A stretch of DNA of 64,000 nucleotides, from the NCBI RefSeq assembly GCF_009914755.1, contig NC_060925.1, one strand, 5' to 3'. Every line of letters starts with the position of its first letter. The stretch's first letter is position 1. This stretch comes from the human T2T-CHM13v2.0 reference genome, Homo sapiens. A program made the position numbers and the translations under genes. The notes beneath the pieces were generated by a model. That model did no database searches and had not been told where the DNA came from. It saw only the letters and a program-made list of their open reading frames with translations. This document shows, piece by piece, positions 24,887 through 62,056 of the stretch.

Positions 24887-26013
24887 CCCTCTCCCCTCTC
24901 CCCTCTCCCCTCTCCCCTCTCCCCTCTCCCCTCTTCCCTCTTCCCTCTTCCCTCTCCTGCCATGATCTCAGCTCGCTGCAACCTCCCTGCCTCGGACTCC
25001 CGTGATTGGCCTGCCGAGTGCCTGGGATTGCAGGCACGCGCCGCCACACCTGACTGGTTTTTGTATTTTTGGTGGAGACGGGGTTTCGCCGTGTTGACTG
25101 GGCTAGTCTCCAGCTCCTGACCTCGAGTGATCTGCCCGCCTTGGCCTCCCGAGGTGCTGGGATTGCAGACGGAGTCTCGCTCACTCAGTGCTCAATGTTG
25201 CCCAGGCTGGAGTGCAGTGGCGTGATCTCGGCTCGCTACAACCTTCACCTCCCAGCCGCCTGGCTTGGCCTCCCAAAGTGCTAAGATTACAGCCTCTGCC
25301 TGGCCGCCACCCCATCTGGGAAGTGAGGAGCGCCTCTGCCCGGCCGCCGCCCCGTCTAGGAAGTGAGGAGCGCCTCTGCCTGGCCGCTGTGCAATCTTCC
25401 AAGTGTGAAGTGACAGCCTTTCTGCAGGTGTACCCAACAGCTCCGAAGAGACAGTGACCATCGAGAACAGGCCATGATGACGATGGCGGTTTTGTCGAAA
25501 AGAAAAGGGGGAAATGTTGGGAAAAGAAAGAGAGGTCAGATTGTTACTGTGTCTGTGTAGAAAGAAGTAGACATAGGAGACTCCATTTTGTTCTGTACTA
25601 AGTAAAATTCTTCTGCCTTGGGATGCTGTTAATCTATAACCTTACCCCCAACCCTGTGCTCTCTGAAACATGTGCTGTGTCAACTCAGGGTTAAATGGAT
25701 TAAGGGCGGTGCAAGATGTGCTTTGTTAAACAGATGCTTGAAGGCAGCATGCTCTTTTAAGAGTCATCACAACTCCCTAATCTTAAGTACCCAGGGACAC
25801 AAACACTGCAGAAGGAAAGCCGCAGGGACCTCTGCCTAGGAAAACCAGAGACCTTTGTTCACATGTTTATCTGCTGACCTTCTCTCCACTATTTTCCTAT
25901 GACCCTGCCACATCCCCCTCTCCGAGAAACACCCAAGAATGATCAATAAATACTAAAATAAATAAATAAATAAATAAAATAAAATAGTGGCTAGACAGAA
26001 AAAAAAAAAGAAG
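24887..26013 (+). mobile_element. SVA (SVA_A-like), all domains present, very short VNTR
   Basis: CT-rich head, antisense Alu-like domain, two ~40-bp VNTR units, SINE-R (HERV-K LTR-derived), AATAAA, A tail; TSD aagatcgtc at 24878-24886 and 26014-26022. Confidence 0.93.
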
Positions 26014-26066
26014 AAGATCGTCATTACCTCCTTTAAGGTTGGAGGATGGAGGGTGGGGATGGATTA

Positions 26067-26160
26067 AGGGATTGGCAAACATTTTCTGGAAAAGGCCAGA
26101 TAGTAAATATTTCAAGCTTGGCAGCTCACATACAGTCTCTGTTGCATACTCTTTGTTTTT
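26067..26160 (+). mobile_element. MER58-like hAT fragment
   Basis: agggattggcaaacattttctggaaaaggccagatagtaaatattt resembles the MER58 5' end. Confidence 0.65.
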
Positions 26161-27318
26161 ATTGTTGATTTTTTGTTTGTTTGTTTGTTTCATTTTGTTT
26201 TAAAATATCTTTAATATACAAAAGCTAGTCTTATTAATAGCTCAAGTCTTAGCTGTATAGAAACAGAATCTGGGTCTGTTTCAGAAGGATGCCAATCTGA
26301 TGAACCTTTGAAGGCAGGCCATCTCTGCAGTGTGGGACTGCCTCCCAGCCTCCTTGCCTGACTTCTGTGCAATGGGAACCTGAGCATGAGGGCTGGGTCA
26401 GGTTTTGTTTTTCTCCTAATGCTTCTTGAGAGATTGGTGAGTGAATTATTTAGGCTACAAATGAGACAGCTTTAGCAGAGTCAGACAATAACAGCCTGTT
26501 CTCCTGGAGGCCAGAATAGGGGCTTTTCTCCAGTCATTCTGCACCCTCAAGACTGTGTCCAGGAAGGAGGGAGAGGGCTCGAGCCCCCTGCCCATCTGCT
26601 GCATCCACAAGCTGGTGGGCTCTGAGCTGGGGATTGAGCCTGAGAGCAGGGATCATGCTATACAAACTCTCTCCTGAGTTGCCAACCACTGCCAGCCTCT
26701 GCCTCAGCCAAAGTCTGGGTTCTGCAACCTTCCCTGACCTCCCTCACCCCTGCTACAGAGAAGACCTCTTTCCTTTGACACATGCTGGAATTTGCTAACT
26801 CCTAATTCATTTTTTTTAACTCCTCAAGCCTTCATTTCCTCCTTACCTTTTCATATATTTTTTTGGTGGGCCTTGAGGGGTATCTTTTATATAGCCAGAA
26901 GACCCCTACATAGGAGGGTCTGATGGAGAAGGGAAAGTGTCCCACCTCCCCCACAATAGCATCCTAGGGTCCTGTTTCCAACTGAATCAATATTTATGTG
27001 CGTTTTTTAGCTACAGTTTAAAAATGCAAATTAATTTTCCTGGAACATAGGGTTCCTGGAGTCATTTATCTTCCTCTTCTCCCCTTACTGGATTGGAATC
27101 TCAGTCCCTGAAGTTAGCTGGTACCCACACTGTCCTCAGCTGTGAAGGCCTTAGGAAGGTTACCAACCACAGGAGATCATGTGGCTAACTTCTGTTGGCA
27201 TCCTAGCAGTTTCATTGAGGCCTATGAGTGACATCCTAATTAACGGTCCCCAGACAGTTGCCTGGATTGAGGCTGCAACTTCCTAAAATCACAAGCTTAC
27301 AGCTAGAAGGGATTTTAA

Positions 27319-29330
<2,012 letters not shown>

Positions 29331-30667
29331 TTGCTGCTGGTGTTTCTGTGTGTCTGTGGATTTGAGTATCTCCATGCCTACAAGCAAGGACAATATTCAC
29401 AATACATAAAAACCAGTTTAGCACAGAGACTGACTCATCAAGACAGGTGCCAGCCCAGGGCACACTGGCAGCACACAACCCAGCACACAACTGCACATTC
29501 CCACTCCTCCTGCTATGGCTGAGATGGACTCCAGAACAGAGGAAGGCTCACTTCCCTCTTCCCCACAATGTGAGCAGCTAAGATGGTTTCTGATTTCCTG
29601 GGACTTGTGATTTGTCATCAAGCGTGAGTCTGGGCATGTGCATGGGCACAGCAGCTACTGGGCTCATATGGCTCTAAACACTCTATTTAAAATAGATATG
29701 TAGACTGGGCATAAGGAGGACCAAGCAACTACCTTTCAAACCATACATGAGGGTACAAACTCCCCTTCAGTCTGGTCTAGAGGAAGTGGATTCCAGCCAT
29801 TTTTAAAAGGCTAGATTGACCACAAGGCTGGGTGATTGGCGATACACCGTAGCTTCTATTAGTGAAACTCTACCATGTGTCAAACATATATTAAATGGGA
29901 CTCTTCCCATCTCAAAATTCGGACAGAGGCCCTAAAGATCAGGTAAAATAAAATTGACTATCAACTATACTAAACTCCTCCCACATTCTAAATCAAAATG
30001 CTAGACTTGCAAAAGGGGTGATGAATAGCTGTTACCCACCTCCAGACTGCATGAGAAAGGGCTAAGAACTAAGGTTGAAAGGCAGGCGGTAGTGAAGATC
30101 TGACTGGAGAGAGTTGTCACTTTCTTCCACCCTGGCCAATGGTGTGATTCTTTCTTACTGTAAGCCACTTCAGAGGGGGTTCCAGAGAAGAACTCCAAGA
30201 GCTTGACTTGAATCCATTGGAGCGTATGGGACCCAGGAACTCAGACCTGAAAATAATCTGAAGGCGAGTGGCTATGGCTGGCTGGTTGCTCTGGAGAGAG
30301 TCCAGAGGACCACCTTGAGAGTGAGCTGCCCCCAAGAGCTCAGCAGAGCGCGATGTTTGCATGTTTTCCACAGGCCAAAAGTGGACTGCCCAAGAGGGCT
30401 GCCTGGAAGAGAGAGGTGAACCCAGCTAGGGAGGGATTACCGAAGCCAGGAGTCTGAGAGGGAGTCATAAGTGGCCAGTGGAAGGAGACATCACCCACAT
30501 CAAGGGATTTGTAAACAGGGGATCCCCAGCAATAGGGCATCTTCCAGAAATCCAGGAAAGTATCCTCTCACACAAGATAATGCCCAGACTCTGAGATGGA
30601 AAGAGACTTAGAGAGACTCATAGACATCAAATAATTCATTCAATATCAAGCAGCTAAGTAAATGGCA

Positions 30668-31193
30668 TGTGGTAGTTTTGTATTGTGTCAGTTTGGGTAA
30701 GCTGGAGCTACATTTCCCAGAATCCCATCCCCTGCGTGGTTCTGGTTTAGAGTTGGCCAAAAGATTAATTTGTGAATGATTTGTAAGGCAGAGAAGCGAA
30801 GCAGCTGCCACAATTACTTTCTGAAGGCTGTCATAGGTTAGAAGTGTCAGCAGGTTCCAGGTTATACTTATTCTCACCCACTCCACATTTAGCCTTACGT
30901 GGCAACTCCTGGCCCTTCCGACCAACAAAAACTGAAAAGCCCAGACCAACCCCAGATACAGAGGCAATAGACTTTCATAAACTTCTCCTCTCTAGGATCC
31001 TGCTCCAGCAGCTGGCATTCCTGAGTCCAGAAAGTTTGATTAGTGGCTTTTCTCTGGTCCTCCAACTTCTTCATTCAAACCTTTACTCTCCCAGTTTCTC
31101 CAGCAATTCTGTAAAGCCACCCTCCCATAATAAATCTCTTATTACACAACACTCTTAGTGTTTCTCCTTCCCTGATGGAACCCTGACCGATAC
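30668..31193 (+). mobile_element. ERVL-class LTR (family undetermined)
   Basis: TGTGGTAG start, ctacatttcccagaatccc box, aataaa, ...accctgaccgatac end, followed by ERV-L internal sequence. Confidence 0.7.
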
Positions 31194-31209
31194 CATTAGT
31201 ATCAATCAT

Positions 31210-35060
<3,851 letters not shown>

Positions 35061-35083
35061 CTCACACTAATATGAATATATTA

Positions 35084-35357
35084 CAATAGTCCCCTTTTAT
35101 CTGTGGTTTCACCTTCTACGGTTTTAGTTACCTGTAGTCAACCATGGTCTGAAAATATTGATATTTCTCTCAAAATATTGTTCTATTTTATTTTTGTTGT
35201 TAATCTCTTACTATGTCTAATTTATAAATGGAAATTTATCACTGGTATGTATAGGAAAAAGCATAGTACTATATATACAGAGTTCAGTGCTGTCCCTGGT
35301 TTCAGGCATTCATTGGAGCTCTTGGAATGCATCCCCTGAGGATAAGGAGGACTACTG
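35084..35357. mobile_element. MER44/Tigger7-like DNA transposon
   Basis: Imperfect TIRs caatagtccccttttatc / gataaggaggactactg with flanking TA. Confidence 0.78.
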
Positions 35358-35517
35358 TAAGGTAAATATTAACAAATTATTTTTTCCCTCTTCTTATTCA
35401 TGGAAGTGACCAGGACTATTACCTGAAAGTAACCAGAAAAATACACAGAAGCTGCCCAAGATTTCATCCAGAACCACAGAAATGAGTCCACATGTTGGAA
35501 TTAAAGGTGAAGGTGTG

Positions 35518-36980
35518 GAATAGCCAAAGCAATCCTAAGCAAAAAGAGCAAAGCTGGAGGCATCACGCTACCTGACTTCAAACTATACTACAGGGCCACA
35601 GTAACTGAAATAACATGGCACTGGTACAAAACCAAACACATAGATCAATGGAACAGAATAGAGAATCTAGAAATAAGACCACACACCTACGACCATCTGA
35701 TCTTCCACAAACCTGACAAAAACAAGCACTGGGATAGGATTCCCTATTCAATAAATGGTGCTAGGGTAACTGGCTAGCCATATACAGAATATTGAAACTG
35801 GACTCCTTCCTTACACCTATACTAAAATCAACTCAAGATGGATTAAAGACTCAAATGTAAAACCCAAAACTATAAGAACCCTGGAAGACAACTTAGGCAA
35901 TACCATTCAGAACATAGGCATGGGAAAGATTTCATGATGAAGACACCAAAAGCAATTGCAACAAAAGCAAAAATTAACAAATGAGATGTAAATAAACTAA
36001 ACAGCTTCTGCACAGCAAAAGAAACTATCAACGGAGTAAACAGACAACCTACAGAATGAGAGAACATTTTTGCAAACTATGCATCCAACAAAGATCTAAT
36101 ATCCAGCATCTGTAAGGAACTTAAACAAATTTACAAGAAAAAAAAACATTAAAAGTGGGCAAATGACATGAACAGACACTTTTCAAAAGAAGACACACAT
36201 GCAGCCAACAAACATATGAAAAAAAGCTCAACTTCACTGATCATTAGAGAAATGCCAATCAAACCACAGTGATACACCTTTTCACACCAGTCAGAATGGC
36301 TATTATTACAAAATCAAAAAACAGGTAGGGGCAAGGTTTTGGAGAAAAGGGAATACTTACACACTGTTGGTGGGAGTGTAAATTAGTTCAACCATTGTGG
36401 AAAGCAGTGTGGCGATTCCTCAAAGACCTAAAAACAGAAATACCATTCGACCCGCCAATCCCATTGCTGGGTATACACCCAAAGGAATATAAATCATTCT
36501 ACCATAAAGACACATGCACGTGAATGTTCATTGCAGGACTATTCACAATAGCAAAGGCATGGGATCAACCTAAATGCCCATCAATGATAGACTGGATTAA
36601 AAAAATATGGTACATATACACCATGAATACTATAGAGCCATAAGAAAGAACAAGATCATGTCCTTTGCAGGGACATGGATGGAACTAGAAACCATTATCC
36701 TTAGCAAACTAACACAGGAACAGAAAACCAAATGCCACATGTTCTCATTTGTAAATGGGAGCTAAATGATGAGATCACATGGACACACAGAGGGAAAGAA
36801 CACACACTGGGGCTTTGGGGAGGGTCAGGGGTGGGAGGAGGGAGAGGATCAGGAAAAATAACTAGTGGATACTAGGATTAATATCTGGGTGATGAAATAA
36901 TCTGTACAACAAACTCCCATGACGCAAGTTTACCTGTGTTACAAAACCGCACTTATACCTCTGAACTTAAAAGTTTTAAA
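35518..36980 (+). mobile_element. 5'-truncated L1 (L1PA11-13-like)
   Basis: ORF2 3' part plus 3'UTR; perfect 15-bp TSD aaaggtgaaggtgtg (35503-35517, 36981-36995) at a TT/AAAG site. Confidence 0.92.
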
Positions 36981-37594
36981 AAAGGTGAAGGTGTGATTTA
37001 AAAAAAAAACAAAAACAAAAAACAGTTTTTCCAGCTTGAGACCCAAGTCATTGTAATTCAACAAACTGATTACACATATCTTGAATCATTTAATTCCCAC
37101 AGGAACTTGTGAGGTAAGTGTTATTAATACCAGTTTACAGATGCAGATGCTCAGAGGGGAAAGAAAGTCTGAGGGCATTCAATAGCTGTCTCATGGGCTG
37201 GGAGTCCAGGACCAGGAAAAAGCACATAGTAAATAACATTTGAGGAGCAGACTCTTAAAATGTGAATTGTCTCATTTAATTCTCACACTAATTCCATAAG
37301 ATAGGCATTACTATTCTCAATTTACAGACAAGGAATACAAGACTTTGAGCCCAGGTCTGCTCAGCTGTAACACTCACATCCCTCCATCACCCATGAGATG
37401 TGTTCTGGTCATCTCCTTGGGGACTGGCTGTCCAGAGTCCAAACACTTCAAAATTAGTGCTTAGGTAAGGGGTGAAGATCAGGGGATAGACTGAGTAGTA
37501 AGTGCTGTGACAGAGGTGTCTCCTCCCTGCTCTGGGGAAGGAATGGGGGTAGAGGAAACCAAATCCAGTATGAGGAAGGCATCCTAAGGGAGTC

Positions 37595-37894
37595 TTTTTT
37601 TTTTTTTTTTTGAGATGGAGTCTTGCTCTTGTTACCTAGGCTGGAGTGAAATGGCGCTATCTCGGCTAACTGCAACCTCCACCTCCTGGGTTCAAGCGAT
37701 TCTCCTGCCTCAGTCTCCCGAGTAGCTGGGATTACAGGCATGTGCCACCAAGCCCTGCTAATTTTTGTATTTTTAGTAGAGACAGGGTTTCACCATGTTG
37801 GCCAGGCTGGTCTCGAACTCTGGACCTCAAGTGATCCGCCTGCGTCGACCTCCCAAAGTTCTGGGATTACAGGCGTGAGTTACTGCGCCTGGCC
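37595..37894 (-). mobile_element. AluS
   Basis: Full-length antisense Alu. Confidence 0.88.
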
Positions 37895-37937
37895 ATGAGA
37901 AGGTCTTTAAATTTGAGTGGGAATCAGCCAGGCAAAA

Positions 37938-37940
<3 letters not shown>

Positions 37941-37982
<42 letters not shown>
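37941..37982. repeat. (GT)21 microsatellite
   Basis: Directly visible. Confidence 0.95.
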
Positions 37983-37983
<1 letters not shown>

Positions 37984-39227
37984 GGAGGGAAAGGAGTGCA
38001 AAGGCTGAGGGAAAAGCATTTGTAAAGAACAACTGAGGCAAATTCAGGTAAGCAGTTAGCAATGGCTGGAGTACAAGAGGTAAGGACAGATGGCAGAGAT
38101 GAGGCTGAAAGTTGGCCAAGGCTGAGCTCAGAAAGAAGCTGGTTGCTGTACAGTTTGAGTTTTATCTTGAAAACAATGGAGAACCCCGCAAGGGCTCAAG
38201 GGCAAGGGCAGAAGCAGATTGCCACCTTAGAGATGAAGCTGTAAGACCCGATGGGTGGGTGAAACTGAAGCCTGGGCAATAAAATAGAAGTTTTGACAAT
38301 TATCCAGGTAAGAAATAATAAGCCCTTGGGCCAAAAGTGGTGTTTGCCTGAGGGTGCAGAAAGGGGAGGGAGGAGGATGAGGGTAGTTTCCAACTCTGGG
38401 CTCTCCATTCCTTAATGGATGATTGCTTTCTTCTCTCCCACGATCTGGCTACAATGGGTGGCAGCACTGGCCCCATGCACCTGCTTATGTGCTGTTTGAA
38501 GGACTCTGAAGGCCCAGAATCCCAACATGCTGCCTTCTCCACGGCCTGTAACCCCTCTACTCAAGTCCCTATTACGGCTGTATTCACACAAAAGCAAACA
38601 CTGAACACTTACTGCACCTTTTGGTTCCTTTTTTTTTTTTTTTTTTTTTTTTTTAGAGGCCACCATTCGAATCTTGGTCAACTGTGAGGAAAGGCTGGAA
38701 GAGGAGTTTGGAGATGGACTGTGGCAATTCTGGAAGACCCATGTCCTGGAATTCGAGAGAAAGAGAGGAGGCCATACCACCTAGGAGAGAGGGGCTGCTG
38801 AGGTGGGGTGAGCTGGAATCTGCTCTCATAAGTTATTCCTGCCCTTTGGCTTCCAGGGATTTGGGGGCCTTTGGTCTTTCCTTTCACTCTGGCCCAGGAT
38901 CAAGTTTCTCTTTAACTTCTTTTTCTGCACGTGGATTCCCAGACCCAGCCTGGTGCTCCAGCCAGAGCCTAGGCCATAGTGGGGAGCGCGAGTGAGGAGC
39001 ATGTCCTCTGATGGGTTTTTCAGCGAGGGTCGAAAGGCAGATGCTGAAAAGGTGACTCGCTTAGACTCACGGGACCAGTCGGGGCAGCTCTGGGACTCCC
39101 AGAGTTCCCAAAGACGATGGTCCAAAAACCAGGAGCAGCGTGAGCGGCTGCCGAGTTCCATTCCACTCGTAAGCTCTCGCCAAGTACTGGGCAGGAAACA
39201 TGATAGCCAAGAGGACTGGAGCGTTGA

Positions 39228-39691
<464 letters not shown>

Positions 39692-39750
39692 CGTTGTTTG
39701 CTTTTAGTTACTGATTGTTAAAAGATTAAGCTGCTGGTAAGCCGACATCA

Positions 39751-41230
<1,480 letters not shown>

Positions 41231-41311
41231 GGGTGTACACATGGGAAGGCACAAAAGCTACAGATATTGTTTGTTCAAATTGAAGCTCGGTGGAAAGCTA
41301 TGCCTTCTTAC

Positions 41312-52050
<10,739 letters not shown>

Positions 52051-52074
52051 TGCTCCATTTAAAAACTAGGTTTA

Positions 52075-53363
<1,289 letters not shown>

Positions 53364-55006
53364 ATTCCTATTCTTCAGATGAAGATACAGAACTTGTTCA
53401 CAAACCACATAGCTATTAAATGGCTGGACCTAGACCTTGGTGTGCCGCCATCAGGGCCTTGAGCATAGCTGCAGACCTGAGCCCTGTGCAAACCACAGAC
53501 CTGGACTTTGAGTCTCTATGGTCCAAGGAACCCAAGGTATCCCACTTCGCATGTGACTCTGTCTGATCTCCAGTTTTCAGGGTCTTCTGGGCTGAGCTCC
53601 TACCAAGTCTCTCAGTAGGTCCATCTTGGCAATACCTTGTCTCCCTCTAAACATCCATGACTGCCTGGTATCTATATTCCAGCTGGCCTCCTCCCCCTGG
53701 GCAGTCAGAGCGGCCCAGGGTGGAGACTGAGGGTGGAAAGGACAGCTGTCTCATGTTGGCAGAGCTACTCCCTAGGTAGTGGAAATGCCATGAAGGTAGA
53801 GGAAATGCCATGAGGAACAGTGGTAAAGAGATCAAGGGTCAGAGAAGACCACAGAAGCCTCTCTTGAGAGCCATGTTGCTTGTCCCTATGATGGGCACTT
53901 TTGGCCAGTTCATTTCTGCTCTGGACTTGGAGTCCTTGTCTGAGAAGTGAATGGACAGAAGGAATAGTTTCTGTGGCTCTTCTAGGCTGATGCCCCATGG
54001 TTGGTGCCTCACTGCTGTTAATGGTTCTGTGTCCACTTGTTCCAGGTGCCTGTCTACTCTTGCATCTGTCACACTGTGCCTCACATCTGAGTCCTGGCCT
54101 TCCCTAGCCATTGTCAAGGGCTCCTGGAACTGTCAATGCCCTGGATTCCCAGAGAGAGCTTTATATGTCTTCTCTATGTAGAGAAAGTAGAGACGAGTTT
54201 CATCCGAGAGAACCAGGTTCCACCACTTATTTGCTGAGTGTCTTTAGGCAAGTTATTTAACCTCACTGTGTCTCAGTTGCCTTATTGGTAAATTATAGTA
54301 TGTTTACAGTGATTTACCAGAAATACATGAGTCTGTTTAGAGCACTCAGCATGAAATAAGCATTTGATCTTATTTCCTGTGATGGAGAGGGTAGGGCTGG
54401 GGGTGTGAGCTGGAGGGAGAGTGCTGTCCTACCAAAGAATAAACACCACGTTTGGGATGCTGTTCTGCAGTATTTCCTCCTGTCCCCAAAGCAGGGAAAA
54501 CTAAATCACTCTAAAATTAATACATGGATGGAGGGTCTGAGAATTGAGTTTCCTTTGAGGAAAAATTAGTCTCTGGTAAATATTTCATTAGGGGAGATGC
54601 GGATGCAGCAGGGCTGATCCTGTCTAAGCCTCCTCTTGTCTCCCCTCGCCCACTGGATTCCCAAGTGGCTCCTCCAAAGAAGTCCCACCTCTCTCTCCTA
54701 CCCCACCCTGCCCTCCCTCAGGCTGCTCTCCTGGGTGACGCTGTGCTCCAACATTCATGGCCTGACAGCTATTGCACATGTTCCTGTGTGGCCTCTGGGT
54801 CATCAGGTATGTGTTGGGAAGTGGGGATTTGTCTCTTGCTCAAACCACGAGGACCCTGGGAGGAAGAATGGCCTACTTTCTTCCTTTCCTAAGGTCACTC
54901 ACATGGTACGGGAGGGGGTGATCCTAAAAGCATAGGACCATCTCCATTATTTCTCAGCTCTCCCACTCCACTCCCTGCTCTGAGCTTCTATATGCTAGTC
55001 CTGCCT

Positions 55007-55033
55007 GGTGGTGGCGGTGGTGGTGGTGGTGGT

Positions 55034-55076
<43 letters not shown>

Positions 55077-55085
55077 AAGAGGGAG
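55007..55085. repeat. Compound (GGT)n(GT)n(GA)n microsatellite
   Basis: Directly visible. Confidence 0.93.
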
Positions 55086-55916
55086 AAAAAGCCATCACAG
55101 CATTCTGACCCAGGCAGAAGAGAAGAGAGGAGAAAGCAAGTCCCGGTAGGAGGAGGTAGGAACCACTATAACCAAAGCCAGCAGGCAACCAGGCTCAGCC
55201 TCTGGAATGCTGCAGCCTGAAATGACAGGAAACAGAAATGGGGGAACTCACAGAGCTCCACGCGCCCTGCTCAGCCCCGGCCATGCCCAGCCCTATGCTG
55301 CTCAGAGGAAGGCACTCAAAGGACACAATGCCTCCAGCTCACGGAAAGCCCCACCCCACCTTCTCCCTCTCCCCATGGACATAGGCTCATTCATGTGGGG
55401 TAGGGACTGGAAGGGGTGTGGACTCCACCGTGACATTTACCGAAGACATGAACTCAGCGAACATTGTAATTTGCTGATTAAAAATTTAATCCCCATCTTA
55501 AGGTCAGAAAACCGGGTACGAAGAAGTTGGCAGAAATTGGGGCTGGTGGGTGGGGAAGAGTGGAGCAAGTCAGTCTGCGTTAGCTGAGGGGAGGGGTTTG
55601 TCAGGCTGGTGGGGTTTGGGGGCAGAGTGTAGAGGGAAATTGAGGAGGACCCAGGAGCCCGCTGGCAGGGATAAGGATGGGGGCAGGACACATCTTCCTA
55701 AGGGAGCTGGGTGGGGTAGATACTCCCAGTCTATTCCCAGTTGCAGGAGACAGAAAGAGTCCGGACTTCAGAGTGAGATGGACCTGGGCTAGCATCTGGC
55801 TGTGTGGCCCTGGGGACGAGAGCCCTGCCCAATACAGAGTGATTACAACATGATAACGCTTCCTCCTACCAAAGTGCAGGGCTAGAATGGATCTTGGCCC
55901 ATTTCTGAAAGTCTGA

Positions 55917-56865
<949 letters not shown>

Positions 56866-57117
56866 ATCTTCATTCTTCCTCTTTTCTTTCTCCATCTTTC
56901 ACTATCTCCTCTTCTTCCTCCCCTTCCCCACCTCCCAGGCTTAATTCTGTAACTCAGGGGGAGGGAGAAAGACAAGCCGGGTGGTGGGAGCTAGGACACT
57001 GGCGGGCAGAGGGGAGGAAAGAAGGATTTGGGGTGGATGGGGTGGGAGCGAGGTTAGTGAGGACAGTGGCCCCGAGACCTCTCTCCTGGTTCTTATTTTG
57101 ATCCCTCCCGATCATCA

Positions 57118-57910
<793 letters not shown>

Positions 57911-59976
57911 TAGTGTAACTGCTGCCAGCTGTCATGATTGCCTTAGCTTCATAATAAGTATTGAATTCAGATAGACTTGGTCCTCCAATTAAATTCTTTT
58001 TTTTTGAAAGTTGTTTTTAGCTATTCCACGTCCTTTGCATTTCCATATGACTTTTGTAATTCTGCTTGTCAATTCTACAAAAATCCTGCTGGAGTTTTGA
58101 TTGGTACTGTGTTTGATCTGTAGATTAATTTGGGGAAAACTGGATGGAATGTAAGAGTCAAAACCTAAACAAAGTTGATACTATAGCATTTATCATAGGG
58201 TTTTGAAATTGTCCGTTTATTGTTTTTCTTCCCCAAAAGGCTGTAAACACATTTAGGCCAGGGGCTGTGCTTTATTTGCCACTTATTGCTCACTGTTATA
58301 TCCCTACCCCTGAACTGAGGCTAGCATGTAGTAGTTACTCAATACATATTTGTCACAGGAAGGCATATTTATTTGATTATTTATTTGTTTATTCAACAAA
58401 TAAAATGAATTCTTACTTTCACTCTACTTTCTGTTTCCTTTATAGACAAAGTCTTCTCCTATTAATGCGTGTTGAATCACTATCATGTTTTAAGAAGTAT
58501 GCCCGGGGCTCTGTGTGTCTTTTTGAAGCCTATGTATTTGTGTGTGTGGTGAGTGCATGCACATGCACGCCAGTCTGTGGGTGATGTATGTGTCCGAGCC
58601 ACAAGAACCCTTTCTCTAATACCAGCCACTTGGATAGATGCATTTCGTTTCTTCCATCCTAGGATTTCTGGAGAGGCAGCTTGGGAAGGCCAGGTGTGGA
58701 TAACATGTGTAAAGTGCTTCTTCTTTCCCTACGTGAATTAAACAATCATGTCTGTTTTTTTCATCTCTGAAACATGACCTTCCCCAAGTCTAGAGTTGGA
58801 TGAAACTATCTTTACTTAGACAAATTTAGTGTAACTGCTGCCAGCTGGTAGAAGTGGTACTTTGTGGTTTTTAAGGTTGCTGTTCCATGGGTGCTATAGG
58901 AGCTCTCCCCGGGCTGGGTGAGAGGCTGAAGGAAGTGGTTCAGCTCCACGTTTATCTTTGGCTGTTTTCTCTGCCATTTGACTGAAGCAATTTTCAGTGA
59001 CGAATGAAGTGAATGGTTAAAGCTTATTTTTCAATCAAAATTCAATTCCTGCAAGTGGAAGAGGGAGGAGAGAGAGGGTGTAAATCATTGATCAAACTTA
59101 TTTAAGCACCAAGATTCCCTTCTGCAGAAAATCCAATTACCTGACAGAGGAAAAGAGCTCCTTCTCTGGAAATCCATGAGGCTGGGTGCTCTTCACACTA
59201 ACTGATCCTGTTAGGGCCCAGCTGCTGGCTGCACCGGAAGTCAGCTTGGCACAGCAGAAGGAACAGATTCACTTGGGACTGGAATCTGGTTCTGCCACTT
59301 GCCGGCTCTGTGACTTTAGGCAAGCGACTTCACATTCCTCAGCCAATTTCATCCGTGAAAAGGTAATTAATAATTCCTACTATACAGAATTAGTGTCATG
59401 ATTTGAGAACAAGGTATGTAATAGCATCACATGTTGTAGGCAGGCTGTAGATAGCTCTTGTTTTCATGCTTCTGGCTTGGGAGCTGGGTGTGAGCACAGA
59501 CCTCTGTGTGAGTGCTTGGAGGTAAATGCCCTGTGTGGGAGCTGAGCATGTGTGGCGTGGCTGCGTGTAAGTAGAGCTCTGAGAGTCTCTACTTACTGTG
59601 GTCTCTCTATGGATTAAGAAGCCTGCATTCTCCAGCATTCTTGGAAAGGTCTCCAGAAAAGCATCAGAGGAAATCTCTGAAGGAATTTCTCAGGGGTTGT
59701 CTGGGAACTGTGGGGGCGTTCCATCCCTTTCCTGGAAGCAGCAACAGCTCTCAGGCCCCATCTCTGCGCCCCTCTCAATCCCTGGTGACTTGTTAAAAGA
59801 CTTCAAAGGATAAACTTCAGACTAGAAATCTTACTTGCCATTCACATTTTTTAACATTGAGGACACAACCCTGAAGAACATGTCTGTGCATGTCAATTAG
59901 CCTCTAGAGAGGGAGAAAGGAGAGAATAGAAGAGTCACAGACACAGAGCTGTCGAGGGCCAGAAAAATGCTGCAGT

Positions 59977-60334
<358 letters not shown>

Positions 60335-60589
60335 TCAAGGACACACATGACTCGTGAGGGTAAAAACGACTCAGGATCAACAACAAAAGGGCCTGATCTC
60401 AGAGGAGAGTCAGTAGGATGAGAGGTGGCGCTGGCTTGGGGTTTCCCTTTTTGAAGAGGCAAATGAAGTGGTCTGTGCTGGGCTGCCCCTGCACAAGGAG
60501 GACAGAGGCCTCACAAGATGGAATGCAGTAGGCACTGGGAATATGGGGTGGGACCTGAAAATAGCCGTCCAAGCTCTCACTCCAGTCTT

Positions 60590-61380
<791 letters not shown>

Positions 61381-61456
61381 TGAACTCTTATTTTATTAGG
61401 AAGCATAAAAAATGAATCTTTATTTAACACCATGTACATTTATAAATACTATCTTA

Positions 61457-62056
<600 letters not shown>

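Noticed and set aside
53775-53814. 20-bp tandem duplication ggtag(t/a)ggaaatgccatga
   Set aside because: Isolated two-copy slippage event with no further structure.
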